DNA from: Takakia lepidozioides
Lineage: Eukaryota; Plantae; Bryophyta
DNA length: 64,000 nucleotides
Reading direction: 5' to 3'
NCBI GenBank assembly: GCA_030704615.1
Contig: CM060733.1
Coordinates: 29,202,001-29,266,000 of the forward strand
Shown here: piece by piece, positions 51,032 through 64,000 of the stretch
Numbering within the stretch: the stretch's first letter is position 1
Layout: the number at the start of each line of letters is the position of its first letter
Made by a program: the position numbers and the translations under genes
Notes under the pieces: model-generated
Databases searched by the model: none
What the model was told of the DNA's origin: nothing
What the model saw: only the letters and a program-made list of their open reading frames with translations

Positions 51032-52671
51032 TTAGGATTTGCCAACCTGTGTAATTCCATAAGGTGGTTTGGGTATGGCCCCCTTTTCCATTACCCTCCG
51101 AATGATCTGTCTGGCACAGTACCTCCTGTCCTTCAAGTTTCGCCCCACCATCTCCATCACCCTTGTGTCACTCCAATTGCCCGGAAACCGGCGGTCTAAC
51201 TCACGGGCATACGCCCGCTTTGCGCCAAAGTGCTGATCAGCCCACTCGATGTGCAAAGGGAACCACCTCAATGCGAGTTTGAAGGCTGGCTTCTTCATAG
51301 CCTCCCAGAATGCACCGCAGGGGTCACCATGGCGATTCACCTCCACCGGTGGCACCACGATCTTTGCCAACTCCACGTCATGTATCGCCAAGGCCATCCC
51401 ACCCTCTCCCTTCTTTGTAGCCTCCTTCCTTTGCTCCTTTGTTACCCCACTGCCCTCCCCCGCATGCACACTCACCCCTTCCTCTCCATGGGACTTTTTT
51501 TTCTTCTTCTTCTTTCCCTTCCCCTTCTCCATGACCATCTCCTTCCCCTTCCCCGCTACTTCCTCTCTCTCCTTCTCCCTCTCCCTTCTCTCTCTCTCCT
51601 CGGCAGCCCCTTCATTGATGGTAAAAGGGATCTCGGGAGATCAAGGCCTCTTCTTCTTACCTTTGGTGTTCGGGTCCTTCATGAACACCACGTGCTCTCC
51701 CTCATTGGCAACCCCACTGGACTGCACCAATGAGGCCAGCCATGTTGCTGCCTCCTGAAGATAAATAACCCCTCCAAATTCAAAAAAAGAAACAAACAAC
51801 AAAGAAAATCATGCATGCAAAGGAAAGGATAAATCATGGAACAAGGTGCGACAGTTGTACCTTTGCAAGCTTGTCCGACTCGCCCCTGGTGTCACCCGAT
51901 GTGGGAGGAGTCCCCATTTCCGGATGTGCCCGCTCTATCCCCTCCCGGAGCGCCACTGGAAGTAGATTCCAGATGTGGAGCATAGCCGGCGGCGACGCCC
52001 CGTAGTCCAGGCCCTTCTATGCTGACTGCTCAGGCTCAGGGGGCGGTGTTGCTGATCGGCTAGGCTGCTCCGAATTGGCCCATACCTCCTCCTCTCCCCC
52101 CCCCCCCCCAATGCGTATCAGGGTAGAAGCCCTCACCCGGCTTGACATCTTCGAGGCGCTTCGCTATCTTGGCCACTTCATTGGCCCTCCTCGTCTCCTC
52201 CTCCCTCATCAACAACAATGGGCTGGCAATGGAGGCTTTCAAAGGCCCTTGAACCTGACGTTGGGCCTTGGCAAGTGCAGCCTTTGCTGCGGAGGAAGGG
52301 GTTGCTATGGGGGTGACATCCAAAAGGTGCCCATACCGGGCCCCCGAATGGGTGATGTGCTTTCCAACGTACATTTCACCCGTCTTGGTGGCCGAGGGTG
52401 TGCTCAACTGAGCATCCGGCTCAGCAACAACCTCCCGAATAGGAGAGCTGGCTGAGCCGGCCCCTGGCGCATCCAAGTTGTGGACAAGAGGGGGGGTACT
52501 GGCCTCGGGGGGCAGACGAGCCCTCCGGCTGCAGCTGTCGACGAGGCTGGTTAGCCGTGAGACGCCCTGGCGCGTCACACGTGCCGGCAGAGCAAACGGA
52601 TTGTCCGCCCCTTTCTTTGGGGCAGGGGACTTCTCTTTCCCCATAAGCTGGCACCTGTCATGCAAACCCAC
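51032..52671 (-). mobile_element. TnpA/ORF2-like fragment of a CACTA element
   Basis: Low-complexity K/E/G N-terminus, then WADQ...ELDRRFPGNW...VGRNLKDRRY...PKPP, a pattern like CACTA ORF2 proteins. Apparent intron at ~51755-51860. Confidence 0.5.
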
Positions 52672-53031
52672 AAGTTGGCCTCATTAGGAACATTCCAGAT
52701 CAAAAACAAAAAAAACCAAGCATGTCGGGGGCTGAGAGCAGCAAGTGCTCGGGGTCTCGAGAGGGGGCAACAAAGAGAAAAGAAAAAGGTGGGGGGGGGG
52801 GGAGTGACTGAGCACCACCAACAGCTGCTGAGCACCACGGGCTCAATCACTCCACCCCCCTCTTTTTTTTTTTTTTTTTTTTTTCTGGTTTCCTGATCTC
52901 TCCCTCTCTCTGTCCCAGCTCTCTGTCCCTCTCTCCCTCTCCCTCTCCCTCTCTCTCCCCCTCCCTCTTTTTTTTGCTGTTCACAAAAGTAAACAAACCA
53001 CAAGGGAGAGAGGGTGCAGAAAAAGTTAAAA

Positions 53032-53743
53032 GATTGTACTCATAAGACGTTGTTTGCCGTAGCCTTGTGGCCATTGACCCCGCGCCCAGTTTGAGTGGAA
53101 AAAAAAATGACATAACCTGCCTCTGTCAGGGGCTGACATTGGTAGTAAGACTTACCTTCATATATAGAATTAATCTGGGTTTTCCAGGTATCCTCTAGAA
53201 ATCCCTTCACACAAGCATCAAACTGTTGTGTGTGATTTGCCCAATAACTAGGCCTCAGGAGGGCCAGGGCTTTTGGCTCAGCCTTGAGACTTTCAAAGTT
53301 GGTAAACAGAGGTACAGGCACAATTCCCTTGATAGATTTGAAGAGAGCATCTCTTTGGTGAGAGAACCCCGGACAGTGTATCAAAAAATGAGTATTGTCT
53401 TCAGATTGCCCACACAATGGGCAATTGCACTCTCCCTTTCCTCTCTGCTTCTGTTTGCTGTTCAAAGGTAGGCTTCCTGCCCTGAGTTTAATTTCAGTCT
53501 AGTGCCGAGAGTGGGTAGACCCTTGAGGTCATCCAAGATGTCCTCCCCCATGTCACTGACTGGAAACAAGTTCAGGGAAGTTTTTTGCCTAACTTCATTT
53601 TCATCAAATCTCATGGCAACAGACATGGTTGGACACTACAGCCTCTAAGTCAGATTTATCAACCCATATTGCAGATCCGTACTCCAAGGCAGGTCTAATA
53701 ATGCGAGAAAGCATGGTTTTCTTAACCTCAGAGTTGACCCCTC
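53032..53743 (-). mobile_element. LINE family A copy inserted into the family C terminus
   Basis: TSD tgcagaaaaagttaaaa at 53015-53031 and 53744-53760. Zn-knuckle ORF at 53040-53465. Confidence 0.9.
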
Positions 53744-53759
53744 TGCAGAAAAAGTTAAA

Positions 53760-54650
53760 AAGAGAGAGGGAGAGGGAAGATATTCACGTCATGTCAAGAC
53801 ATGGACAAGACCCATAAGGGTCATTGTCAATTAAAGACATAAACAGACCTTGATAGGGCACTATCTCACATTTCCAGTCTTGTCAAATCATCCCAAAAAG
53901 ACACCACCCAATTATCCAAGACAAAACAGGGTGGGAGGGCGGGGTTTGTTCTTGTGTGGGACAAGATAAGATATTGTTGTCCCTGGGCATGCTGCAAGGC
54001 CTCTTGGTTCAGCCTGTACATATACCAGCAGCATACCAATTCAGCCATGAATTATGGCATGTCATGCATCAGCCAAGGCAAAAGGACTAGCTTGCATTTT
54101 GTCAGAATCTCAGTATCCCACCAAGCAGTCCAACTTGATCCAGATGAAGTAGATTCCATATCATTTGTATTCACCCCGAGATATGTGATCATACAAGGTA
54201 TCAAGGGAATGTGAATGCAGCCTGTCAGATTGCAGGTTCAAGATTTGTACCAACAAACAGCATGAACAGCCGAGATCCAGCCTCTTTTGTATAAAAAACA
54301 GATGGCAGGTCATAGGCCTGATGTCATGACAGATCCAAAACAGTAGGTAGGATTCCATTGCAGCTTACCATCCTCATCCTTTAGGAGTTCCATGCTAAAG
54401 ACATGCAAAAAACACCTTACTACGATCCACTACACATCAGAAATGGGCCTGACAAGGAGCAGGGCAGTACCCTACCAGGCTGCCGCCTAAAACTTCAAGG
54501 CCATCAGATCCATAGTTACCCAAAACCGCCAAAAACATACCACCAAAAACCAGATCCTCTTTGGCCAAACTAACTTACAACCTAGCCAAGTAATCCACAG
54601 GCTGTGCTGTCAAAGATTAAAAGGTAGGGTATTTGTGGCATGTGTAGCAA
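53760..54650 (-). mobile_element. Family C degenerate element (possibly L1-like 3' region)
   Basis: Homologous to 48.9-49.2 kb. Reverse-strand traces NGILPT...VHAVCW resemble the L1 zf-RVT region. Confidence 0.4.
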
Positions 54651-55149
54651 CGCGCGTTTGAGAAGAAGCCATCTCCGGTAGAATACAACTACGCCAAGGA
54701 GCATGGTTGACAATCCCTCATGAAGAACATGGCCAACACAGAGGGGATGAGTGCACTACAAGGCACTAGTATGGATGAGGTCGAGGGTCATGCCCAGGGA
54801 TTGGATGAGAGCTCTATGGGACTTAGGGGAACGCCGCCTCATTTACGTACTCTGGCAAAGGGCGCGGAGTCATCAGGCTCATCGGATAGCTCTGAGTCCT
54901 CCACTGAGGATGAGCATGAGGATGACTAGTCCTAGTCCATGTAGGTCCCAGGGTTAGTCTACTGAACCCTTATGAGTTTTTCAGCTAATATATTTCCATC
55001 TTTTCATCTTCCATCTTATTCATATGTCGCACCGTCCTCACCCTCGATTCATGCTTGCTCAATTGTGTATCTGCTAACTCAGAGAAATGGAACTGTAAGT
55101 TCTTCCATCCCCAAATACAAAACCAGGAAAAAAACAAAAACCACCCCTA

Positions 55150-55638
55150 ATTCACCCCCAAAATGAACCCCAAACCCCCCCCCCCCCCCCACCAGGCTGC
55201 CGTCGCGACTGCAGCATGTTGCCAATGGCGACGTGTTTTTTGGGCGGGGGTCGCAAGCAGCGACGGTCGGGCGTCGCAAACCCCACCCGGCTGACTCCCA
55301 GGCAGGTAAGAAAAAATAAATAAATGCGACGCCGCGCCGGCGCCCTCACCAACGTCGTCGGCTGGAGGGCCGCAACGGGGAGATGTTGCTCAAAGAGGCT
55401 CCTTCCATCGGCGCGGACGGCCTGAAAAACCGACTTCCGGTAGTCACGGGAGTTGGGCCGGGGGCTCGCGACCCCCATACGTCGCATTTTTGTGACGTCA
55501 TTTTGGCGACATCCTTGCGACTGCAGGGCAACGGCCGGGCGTCGCAAAATTCTGCGCCTCCCGCGTGCCCGAAAAGGGCGTTTTCCCGACGCTGCGGCGT
55601 GGCGCGGGCGTCGCAAAGACCCCCCTTTTCTTGTAGTG
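55150..55638 (-). mobile_element. CACTA terminus: TIR CACTACAAGAAAAG plus subterminal repeats
   Basis: cttttcttgtagtg ends at 55638, preceded by many gtcgc/gcgac motifs. Confidence 0.85.
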
Positions 55639-58600
55639 AGGGTTGAAGGCAGACACGGGTACTGGTGCTGGTGCGGTAGTGGCTTGGGTGGATGTCGTAG
55701 CTACGGTACCACCAGTCCCACTAGTCCCACTGCTGCTTGCTGAAGCTGTCGGTGCAGCGGTAGGTGTAGCCAATGCCCTCGTGGCTCTAGTGCCCCCTAG
55801 TGATGGAGACATAGTCGGGTGACCAGTACATCCTCCACTCCTCGATCTCAACCTCATGCCCCCGCCTGAACTCATGGTAATCATCAAGGTACTGAAATAG
55901 CCCCTTCCATGCCATGAAAGGCGTAAATAGTTGTGGATTGCGCAATTGCTGCAAATCACACCAACTATCAAACTCTTGGATAAAATCATCCAGCTCGATG
56001 GTGCCCACCGTCCCAGAGTACCTTCGTGGCCCCTTGGTAGCCCCATACAGCTCCTCCATTGTGTCCCACAACAATGGCAATGAAACCACTTGCACCACCG
56101 GTGTGAGTCCTCTTGATTCACAATCCGAATCAGATCCTTCCGTAAAAGACACAGGAGGTGAAGGTGGCCTAAACCGCACACCTCGTCTCGTGTACCCACT
56201 AGTATCGCTAGTGCTTGAACCGGCACTGTCCCCAACAACTAGTGGCACCTCCGTGTTGACAAACTGTCACTCAACCGGTCATGAACATGTCCCTAATCCC
56301 CTCTCCTCAAGGTAACCGGGTAGAGAACCTGTTGCGGCTTAATGGTTTGGAATACTAGGTTCCTAACATAGCCTACACCTGCACCTGCATCCACCGCAAG
56401 CACTCCTATGGTTGGCTGGTCATCATTTCCAACCTCACCACAGGAAAAACAATGATGGTTTGACTAGTCATCACCCCAGCCTCACCATCGACAGCATGCT
56501 CTAGGATTGGCCGGTGATCAAATAACAAACCACCCTCCATGAGCTTCAAAATTTGGCCTTCAAGACCGCATGCTAGTCCTCAGGCAGTCCACCAGTGCCT
56601 CCACGAGTTAGCATAGGCCGTCCACATGTCAACACGGGCCACCATAGACCAGCATAGGCCCACACAGATCACTGGTCAAAGCCGTCACAACCCCAAACAG
56701 GCCACAGGTCACAGCCTATCACAACCCCTCACAGCCCATCACAGTCTGTCACAGATCACTGGTCACAGCCGTCACAACCCCACACAGGCCACAGGCCACA
56801 GGTCACAGCCCCTCACAGCCCCTCACAGCCCATCACAGTCTGTCACAGCCCCCTCATAGCCCCAAAGGCCACATGTCACAGCCTGTCACAGTCCGTCACA
56901 GCCCACAGGCCACAGGTCACAACCTGTCACAGCCCCTCACAGCCCCATAGGCCACAGATCACAACTCGTCACAGCCCCAAAGGCCACATCTCACAGCCTG
57001 TCACAGCCCCTCACAGCCCATCACAGCCTGTCACAGTCCGTCACAGTCCCACAGGCCACAGGTCATAGCCTATCACAGCCCGTCACAGCCCCAAAGGCCA
57101 CAGGCACAGCCTGTCACAACCCTACACACGTCACAGGGGTCGCAGCCCCAAAGGCCACAGCCTGTTACAGCCCCTCACAGCCCATCACAGCCCCATCCAT
57201 GGCCACTCATGGCAGTTTAGCCATTTCTCCAAGGGGTTTAGCCACGCCAAGCTAGGGTTTGTGTCTCTTGGACTCTAGGCTTCTTTGCACCGAGCTATGG
57301 TGGCTGTGAGGAAATCAGCAAGGTATTCTTACTCTTTATGGCCCCCACACACCACCAATAGTAACTCTAATTCCAAAAGAAGATGTTTGCAACCGAAACT
57401 AAGTGCACAAGCTTCCTTTTAACTCACAAAACAGCGCCATTGATCCCTATGGCGACTAACCAAACATGGCTGACTTCCAGCCCTTGTAGACACTCATTCA
57501 TGTGCTTTCCTTGACCATAGCATGCCCTTCGCATCTATCCAGCCCCTGCACCTGCTGCTTCAAGAGTTGTGCTCCCTTCAAGCTTGAAGTTGAAACCCCA
57601 ACTCACATATGCCCTACAAGTGCATTTATTTCACCCCAAGTGGAAACCAGCCCTAGCCCTTCCGTTCTAGCTCTCTAAAGCTTGAAAACAAGAGCCTCAA
57701 TGGGCTGAAGGCATACTCCACACATGCCCCACTCTCACCATAAGAGAATTAGCTCTTTTGCTTCATTTCTTGCACCCACAAACCTGAAAATACAAGCTTC
57801 AGCGGGCTGAAAGCATGCTCCACACATGCCCTATAGGGAAACCAGCCCCTTCCTTCCTTTCTTGCACTCCCAAACCTGAAAGTACAAGCCTTCAACAGGC
57901 TGAAAGCATGCTCCACACATGCATTGCCCTCACATAAGGGAAGTCAGCCCTTTCCTCTTCCTTGCTTGCCCTCCAAGCTTGAAGATGGAAACTTCAATGA
58001 GTTGAATACATGCTCCACACATGCAACCCCTTCACACAAGAGGTATCAGCCCCCTATCTTGGCTCCTTGGCTCCTTGATGCTCTCTAAGACAAGACTAAG
58101 CACTCCACAATCTTTGCCAAGCTCCTGAAACCCTAAGGCTTACATTTCCAGCCTCAAGACATGCCTCTTGTGGTGCAAGAGCTCTTCTTCCAAGCTCTGA
58201 AACCCTAGGTGCACATTCCATGGCCTTGCCGCACCTCTTAGCTCCTGTTCCAGCCTGCTCTTGCCATGAAGAGCCCTCTCAATGCTGAAGCTCGAGATTG
58301 AAACCCAATCTCAACATACTCCACAAAGTGAACTGATTTGCCCCAAGCCAAATCAGCCCTTTCGCTTGGTCTTGCAATCCTTCACACAATGAAAGCTTGC
58401 ATTCCCAAGTCCAGTTCTCAGCTTTGCACCAAAGCCTCTATAACCTGCTCTTGATTGGTCATCTTCCCAATCGTGCTTGCTCATGCATGTACACAATCTG
58501 AAACCATCAAGGTGCTCTGGAATTACCTGCAACATGGTGCTTTTATCTCTGAAGCTGAAGATCGAATGCCAAGGTCTACCACCTCATAACCCACATCGCC

Positions 58601-58900
58601 TCTGCTTCTAACACCCAAGAGCTCCACGGTGCTCCTTGCATAACAACCAGGTTTCTCTCATTCTCAAGCAAAAACCACAAGTGCTACAACTAACTCGTAT
58701 TTGGCACTCACAGATACGAGCTCATCTTTCTCGAGTGATAAAGAAGAAGAATACAAGCACAAGCTCATGCGAGCTCACAAAGCTAAAGCATAAACTCATG
58801 CATATATAAACTCATCACTCAAATACAAGTCAAGCCAAGTGCATCCCACGCCATGGGGAATCCACACTACGGCGCCATAGCTAGGCGTGGTAAGGCTCAA
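55639..58900 (-). mobile_element. Probable LTR retrotransposon 5' part: repeat-rich leader and gag-like ORF, cut by the CACTA end
   Basis: Gag-like ORF 56248-55787 (ELDDFIQEFDSWCDLQ...). Upstream tandem repeats: tcacagcc array and aagcatgctccacacatgc units at 57710-58025. LTR boundaries not identified. Confidence 0.5.
56640..57195. repeat. Minisatellite built from (G/C)TCACAGCC-type units
   Basis: Dozens of tcacagcc / ggccacagg motifs. Confidence 0.9.
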
Positions 58901-61554
58901 CTCGAGAAAGATGAGCCTCCCGCGCTTGCCATGAAGATAACCACTCTAGGGCCTATATTTGCCTTGACCCCTGGATTGACACTTGGGCCAATCCCAAATG
59001 TCAATATGTAAAAGCTAGCTATTTCCTGGCTAGTTTCACACTAGTGGTGAAATAACTTGACACCGTGGAAAAGAATGACACAACAAGCTCTCCCTCACAT
59101 TCACTCTACACAAAAGTGTTTGTTGCCATGAATGCATTGTGAACATGTATGGTAAGTACTCATGTACTATACCATGTTATTTCTGGCATGTAAAAAGGGG
59201 ACTAAAGTTGAGGAGCCTTCCCCAGCCGTCGTGAATAGAGCTGAAAAGAAGTACAGCCTAAAACCCGAACGCTAGAACCAGAGCCACTGCTGCCAAAGAG
59301 ACTTTGAAATTGACTAATGCAATTGGTGACATACACCAAGTTCTAACGGGAGTAAGGATCGGGTGGGCCTTGAGGATTAGGCACCTAGTCCTGGTGTAAT
59401 TCCCGTACTAGAAGTGAGCACCCATAAGCCTTCCCTGTTGGCTATCATTTGTGCAGAATGTGGTCATTTAGCCATGTTGGGTACTACAAGGCTATGACAT
59501 TTGCATTGCTGAATGTGACTGCTAAGGGGTGTTGGGCGTGACGTTTGCAGGCTGAGAATGCCATATGCAGTGCACCAATTGTGGTGCCTTCAAAGACAAC
59601 CCCCAAATATCAACCCCCTGCCACTGTCACAGATATTCTTATGCTACCAAAAGTACTCTATACTCTCAGTTCTCTCATTACAGTAGTACCTTGGCAATTT
59701 CGTCACAAATTTTAATATTTCAAAGATAATCACTTACATATCACACTAGATGTGGTATGTATTCCTCTAGTCGTATTCCTAATCACTTACATACAACTCT
59801 GTTGGTAATCATTCCAATACATAGTTCTTACTCAATGAGACACAATGGATGACTCTGAGAGTGGTTTAGTAAAGTACCTAGCCACTAGATCAATACTGGA
59901 AGACGTCTAACAAACTACTAGTACTAGAGTCATAATTTCACATCACTGAATAATACTGTTGACCTATCTATAACACTACGTGGAATTAGTACAAAATGAC
60001 TAAATGAGAGATGTCATTCACTCACAAAACCGCTCACTTAGTGATACTATATATTGAAAATTGATTTTGTGAAATTAAAAAACTTTGTGAATGATAATAA
60101 AACATCCTTGGGAATATTCCATATGTCGAAATGAAATTCTCAAAATAAAATAAATATTCGACATACATGATTGTCGATCTTGCCAAGGTACTACGGTATA
60201 GTGGACGTTCCTCATTCTCTAGTTTTCAATACCATCAGTACATGTATGTCTTCATGGGTTGCTTCATGTGCATTTTGTGGGGGGTGTTGGGTGTAGTTTA
60301 AATTGAACGTCAGAGTCCACCTGTATGATCCTCGATGACCACGACATAGGGCTGGGATTGCAGTTGTCAATGGTGTGCCTAACAAAGACAAATATTACTG
60401 TTGTAATACTCTTGAAGGCTTGTACCGTCTTGAGGTTTGCTATGTCTTTATTTCACATTGTTGCTTGCCTCATCCTAACGAGGAAGAAGACCCACCACAA
60501 AAAGAGTTGGATCACATCCTCGGTATGAATTGTCTTTGGCCAGAGAAACACATGAAGAGGGCTTAAAAGTTTGGTTCACCCGGGCATAGACATTGTTGGG
60601 AGTGAGCTTGGAGTGAGGAAAAGGTAGGAAAGTAATTCAGTGTTCTTAGCATGCTTGCGGAGACGTCGTGTAGATGTAGAAGGAGACCTTTTATCATGGC
60701 TGGATTTTGTGGACTCTGTTCCAACACTTACTCTCTAGGATTCTATTCTTTTTTTTTAAGCTTGAATCTTCAAGAGTACCATGGATTTACAGATTCACTT
60801 GAATATATGGTTCTGTCCGAATTGGCAATGCATCTTTGCTCGATCATTTACAGAGGATATACGGAAGACTGACAGTAGCCAAATGCACACAATTGGTTCT
60901 TTTTTCGTTGGTATGCGTAATCATTTATATATCACCATAGTAGTGGTATGTGTTCCTCCAGTCGTATTCCTAATCACTTACACACCACTCTACTAGTGGT
61001 ATATGTAAGACAATGTCTATAGGCAAATACCTACAATTGCTTCATTTGTAACTGCACTAGTGAAACACTATTTGAGTCATTTAATGCTCACCCACATAAT
61101 TGTTTGTGAAGTGCTACATCCCTTTTGTAGCATTGAAAATATGACATGTGTCCATTGGGATATGGACACGTGTCTAGATAATGTTCAACATCATTGACGA
61201 ACTGGCTTCGTCCACGTGTCCATGGGATTACGGACACATGTCTGGATATTGATCAGTATCATCGACGGATTTGCTGTGTCCACGTCACATGCGGTGGAAG
61301 TACTTGGAATCACTAGATTGTGAACAGGTTAGCTATTTCATGAGCATGAGCGGCATGAGCGGAGTAGCAAGACAATCGGTTTTCATGAGCAGAAGTACAA
61401 ATTTTGGAAATAAAAACCATTAAAAAACATTATTTTTAATGGAATGTGTAAGAAAAAACCAATATAATATGCATTGTTTGAAGTAAAAATTGTAGTTTTG
61501 AGAGCCGTGCTCATGATATTTCGTCTTCCGCTCATGCGAATTCCGAGCGACATC

Positions 61555-61800
61555 TGCAAAAATGGCGCCGAATTTCGCGGTAATAGGTTCCGCAACCGGA
61601 GAAATCTGCGGCGTATTTCGCGGTAATAGGTGTCTCCGGCGAAAAATGGTGCCGAATTTCGCGGCTATAGGTCCCAACATGGCATGTGTGTAAGCCCAAA
61701 ATTTGGAAATGTGGCGCCGAATTTCGGTACATGGTGCCGGGGATTGCACAGATGTTGGGCAGTTCTTGGGCTATGTAACTGGAGATTCGGCGCCATTTTT
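61555..61800. repeat. Subterminal-type repeats ggcgccgaatttcgcgg
   Basis: Copies at 61564, 61609, 61648 and 61713, and inverted near 61787. Confidence 0.65.
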
Positions 61801-61899
61801 TCAGACATCGGACTTGCGGTGCTCGACGAGACCTCCTCGGGCAACATCACGAGACCACGAGGGAGCGTGCGAATGTTCTTGTCAGCTCGCCATAAATCC

Positions 61900-64000
61900 T
61901 CTTCTCCGCCAGGTGCCTCGTCAAGTCTTCGTCTCACTGGACGGGTGAGAACATCTCCTTCCAAGTGTTGGCCACTTTGAAGCAATGGCGTGTCCCGAAG
62001 GCCCTCTCGCAAGGCTTCCGCCCACTTGTGAGGATTCTTCGATCTGGAGGCAGTCCGCATCAGCATTTCCTGCCTGTCCGGCCCCAAGCCCCACTATTTC
62101 CCTTTCAAGAACTCGTCGTACCTGCATTGCTGCATAATTGACCTCACAATGTCCTCCGTTGTGACAGTGAGGATGTCCACCAGATGCGTCGCAGAGGAGG
62201 CATGCCAGGAAGAATGTACTGATTCGGCCATGTTTGTTGTCGGCATGTCGGTGTCGGAGTCGAGACATATTTCCTGCACATGCACATGTTCAGGTTACAA
62301 GCAAATTACAAATAATGAGTAGCTAGCATAATATTCAACGGGACGCAAATTCGTCCCACTCACCTCCCGCATATAATCGTCGAACTGGAGGAAATGATAA
62401 TGCCACCATGCTAGCCAACAGACCATTGCTCCCTCGTCTGATTTCTTTACAACACCTGACGTTGTCCACTAAGCCCGTATACATGCAAACTGTGTCTCTG
62501 CATCATCCAAGGTGGGAGCACGCTTCCACGCAAGACACATGGAACGGTGCTCCTCTTTGAAATCTGGCGCCACGAGCCTGGTTGTGTACTGCGACAAGCT
62601 CTGCAGAAAATGGAACCCACAAGATCTCTCCTTGATTTTCATCGGAACATTGGGGTCTTCCCCGTACACCCTTCGGATGACAGCCCAATTTGCTTGTGCG
62701 TTGTCCGCCATGAAACCATGGAAATTGGGAGGGGGAAATCATGCCCTGGCCATCTGTTCATTTATTCCCTGCCAAAGAAGCATATCCGATCGTGTGTCCT
62801 CTCCTTTCATCTCACAAATAACAATTGTCAATAGCATCCTGCAGTGGGTGTCGTAGACATGTGCACCCATTGTCACCCACTGGTGATTTGTAATTCGCTT
62901 GATATGGTCAAACATGACCCAACTGTTTGACAAGTCCCCACTCGTCACCCGGTGGACCAGTTTGACGCCGCTGCCATGCACACATGTTTACATTTTGAAT
63001 ACGAAACAGCGATCTGCCTCAGTCCCTTGTCCTGGAAATCTACTTCCATGAATGTAGTCATATCCACATCGTCGCTTCACCTCCAGAATGGAGTGCATAT
63101 CCAAGCCACGCCCAATTCTCTGTTTGCAGGAGACAATGTGGTTTCGGACATTCGGTGAACAGACGCGGAACACCGACTCCAGTAATGCCTCCATTTCCTT
63201 CTCATCGAAAGGAACTCTGTCGGAGCCGTCTTCCGACATAATTCTGGCCAATGTCATCTTATGGGCGGCCTGCAGCTGAATCTGTTTGGGTTTGGCACGA
63301 GGTCTCAACTTAACCTCCTCCTGAACGAGCTGCTCTGCCTCGTGGGCAGCCTCCCGCGAGTTACCCCTCGCCAATTTGTGACAATGGGAACCAACGTGTA
63401 TGCAAGCTGGTGTGAGGTCAGGGAAACGGTGCAACACATAGAACTGCTTGGCATTATAAACAGACATGCAATGTGGTGGTTCTTTGCAATGTGCACACTT
63501 AAATGTGGAGGTTGGAACCTTCTCCTGAGCTCGAAATGGTTGATGAGGTGTGTCTGTCCAATCCGTCTCGTTCCTGTGACCTCTGGATTTAAAGTGGAAG
63601 CAAATTGGGGAGAAACACCGCAACGTGCCCGCACAAACAACGTAGTGTACCTGCACACCATTGAGCATCTTCATGCTGGTGGTTTTGGTGACGCACCAAG
63701 GATGACCGTCATGTTTCCTATCCATATCTATCAACATTCCGGACGCCCTTGAATAGTCCGTTCGAGAAGGGAACTCAAAGAAGATATTACCGTCGACGTC
63801 TGCGGGAAGACATGTAACGGATTTAATTGTGAACTTGTTGTAGTCCAGGAATGCGGCCCCTGGCCTTTGCGCAATAACTGCCAACGGTATGCAGTCAGAA
63901 GGTATATGACCAGTGCAGATGCGCTGCACAAACCAATAATTGTGGCGTCTGACAAGAAGCGTGGGGGGGCGAGCGTGCAAACACCTTCCCCATGGACAGA
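61900..64000 (-). mobile_element. Mutator (MULE)-type transposase pseudogene with N-terminal GCM/WRKY-like Cys/His domain; runs off the window
   Basis: One frame broken by in-frame stops at 62990, 62741 and 62471: C..C...HVGSHCH; VMFDHIKR; FMADNAQANW; SCGFHF (CxxH); after an intron, TTNMAESVH (catalytic E motif). Confidence 0.75.

Noticed and set aside
55152-55743. GC-rich Arg/Ala ORFs on both strands
   Set aside because: By-products of CACTA subterminal repeats.
58855-58880. Possible primer-binding site TGGCGCCGTAGTGTGG on the - strand
   Set aside because: Only a partial match to a tRNA-Asp-type PBS, with no LTR end identified next to it.

Overview
Eukaryotic nuclear DNA from a land plant; gene and TE content suggests a non-seed plant (inference). 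The left third holds an apparently intact multi-exon ABCC/MRP transporter gene (+, ~9.1/10.0-20.7 kb) and a divergently oriented, pseudogenised duplicate of its last five exons (-, ~2.6-6.75 kb). Both are peppered with tiny 3' ends of LINEs. The middle holds a LINE relic with RNase H plus restriction-like endonuclease (Dualen/RandI-like) carrying an internal inversion, a CYP71-clan pseudogene, and a head-to-head pair of intronless genes (FBL10-like F-box/LRR and MOCS3/CNX5). From ~37 kb the window is a nest of TE relics: a CACTA transposase (TnpD) and a TnpA-like fragment, gag-like LTR remnants, LINE fragments, MITE-like elements and a MULE-type transposase. The most notable observation is an uninterrupted SET-domain ORF (43022-43732, -) inside the CACTA element. 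It lies between an N-terminal Zn-motif/polyproline segment and the DDE transposase exons, so it is a transposon-borne putative lysine methyltransferase and possibly part of a SET-transposase fusion. All calls come from reading motifs by eye; no searches were run.
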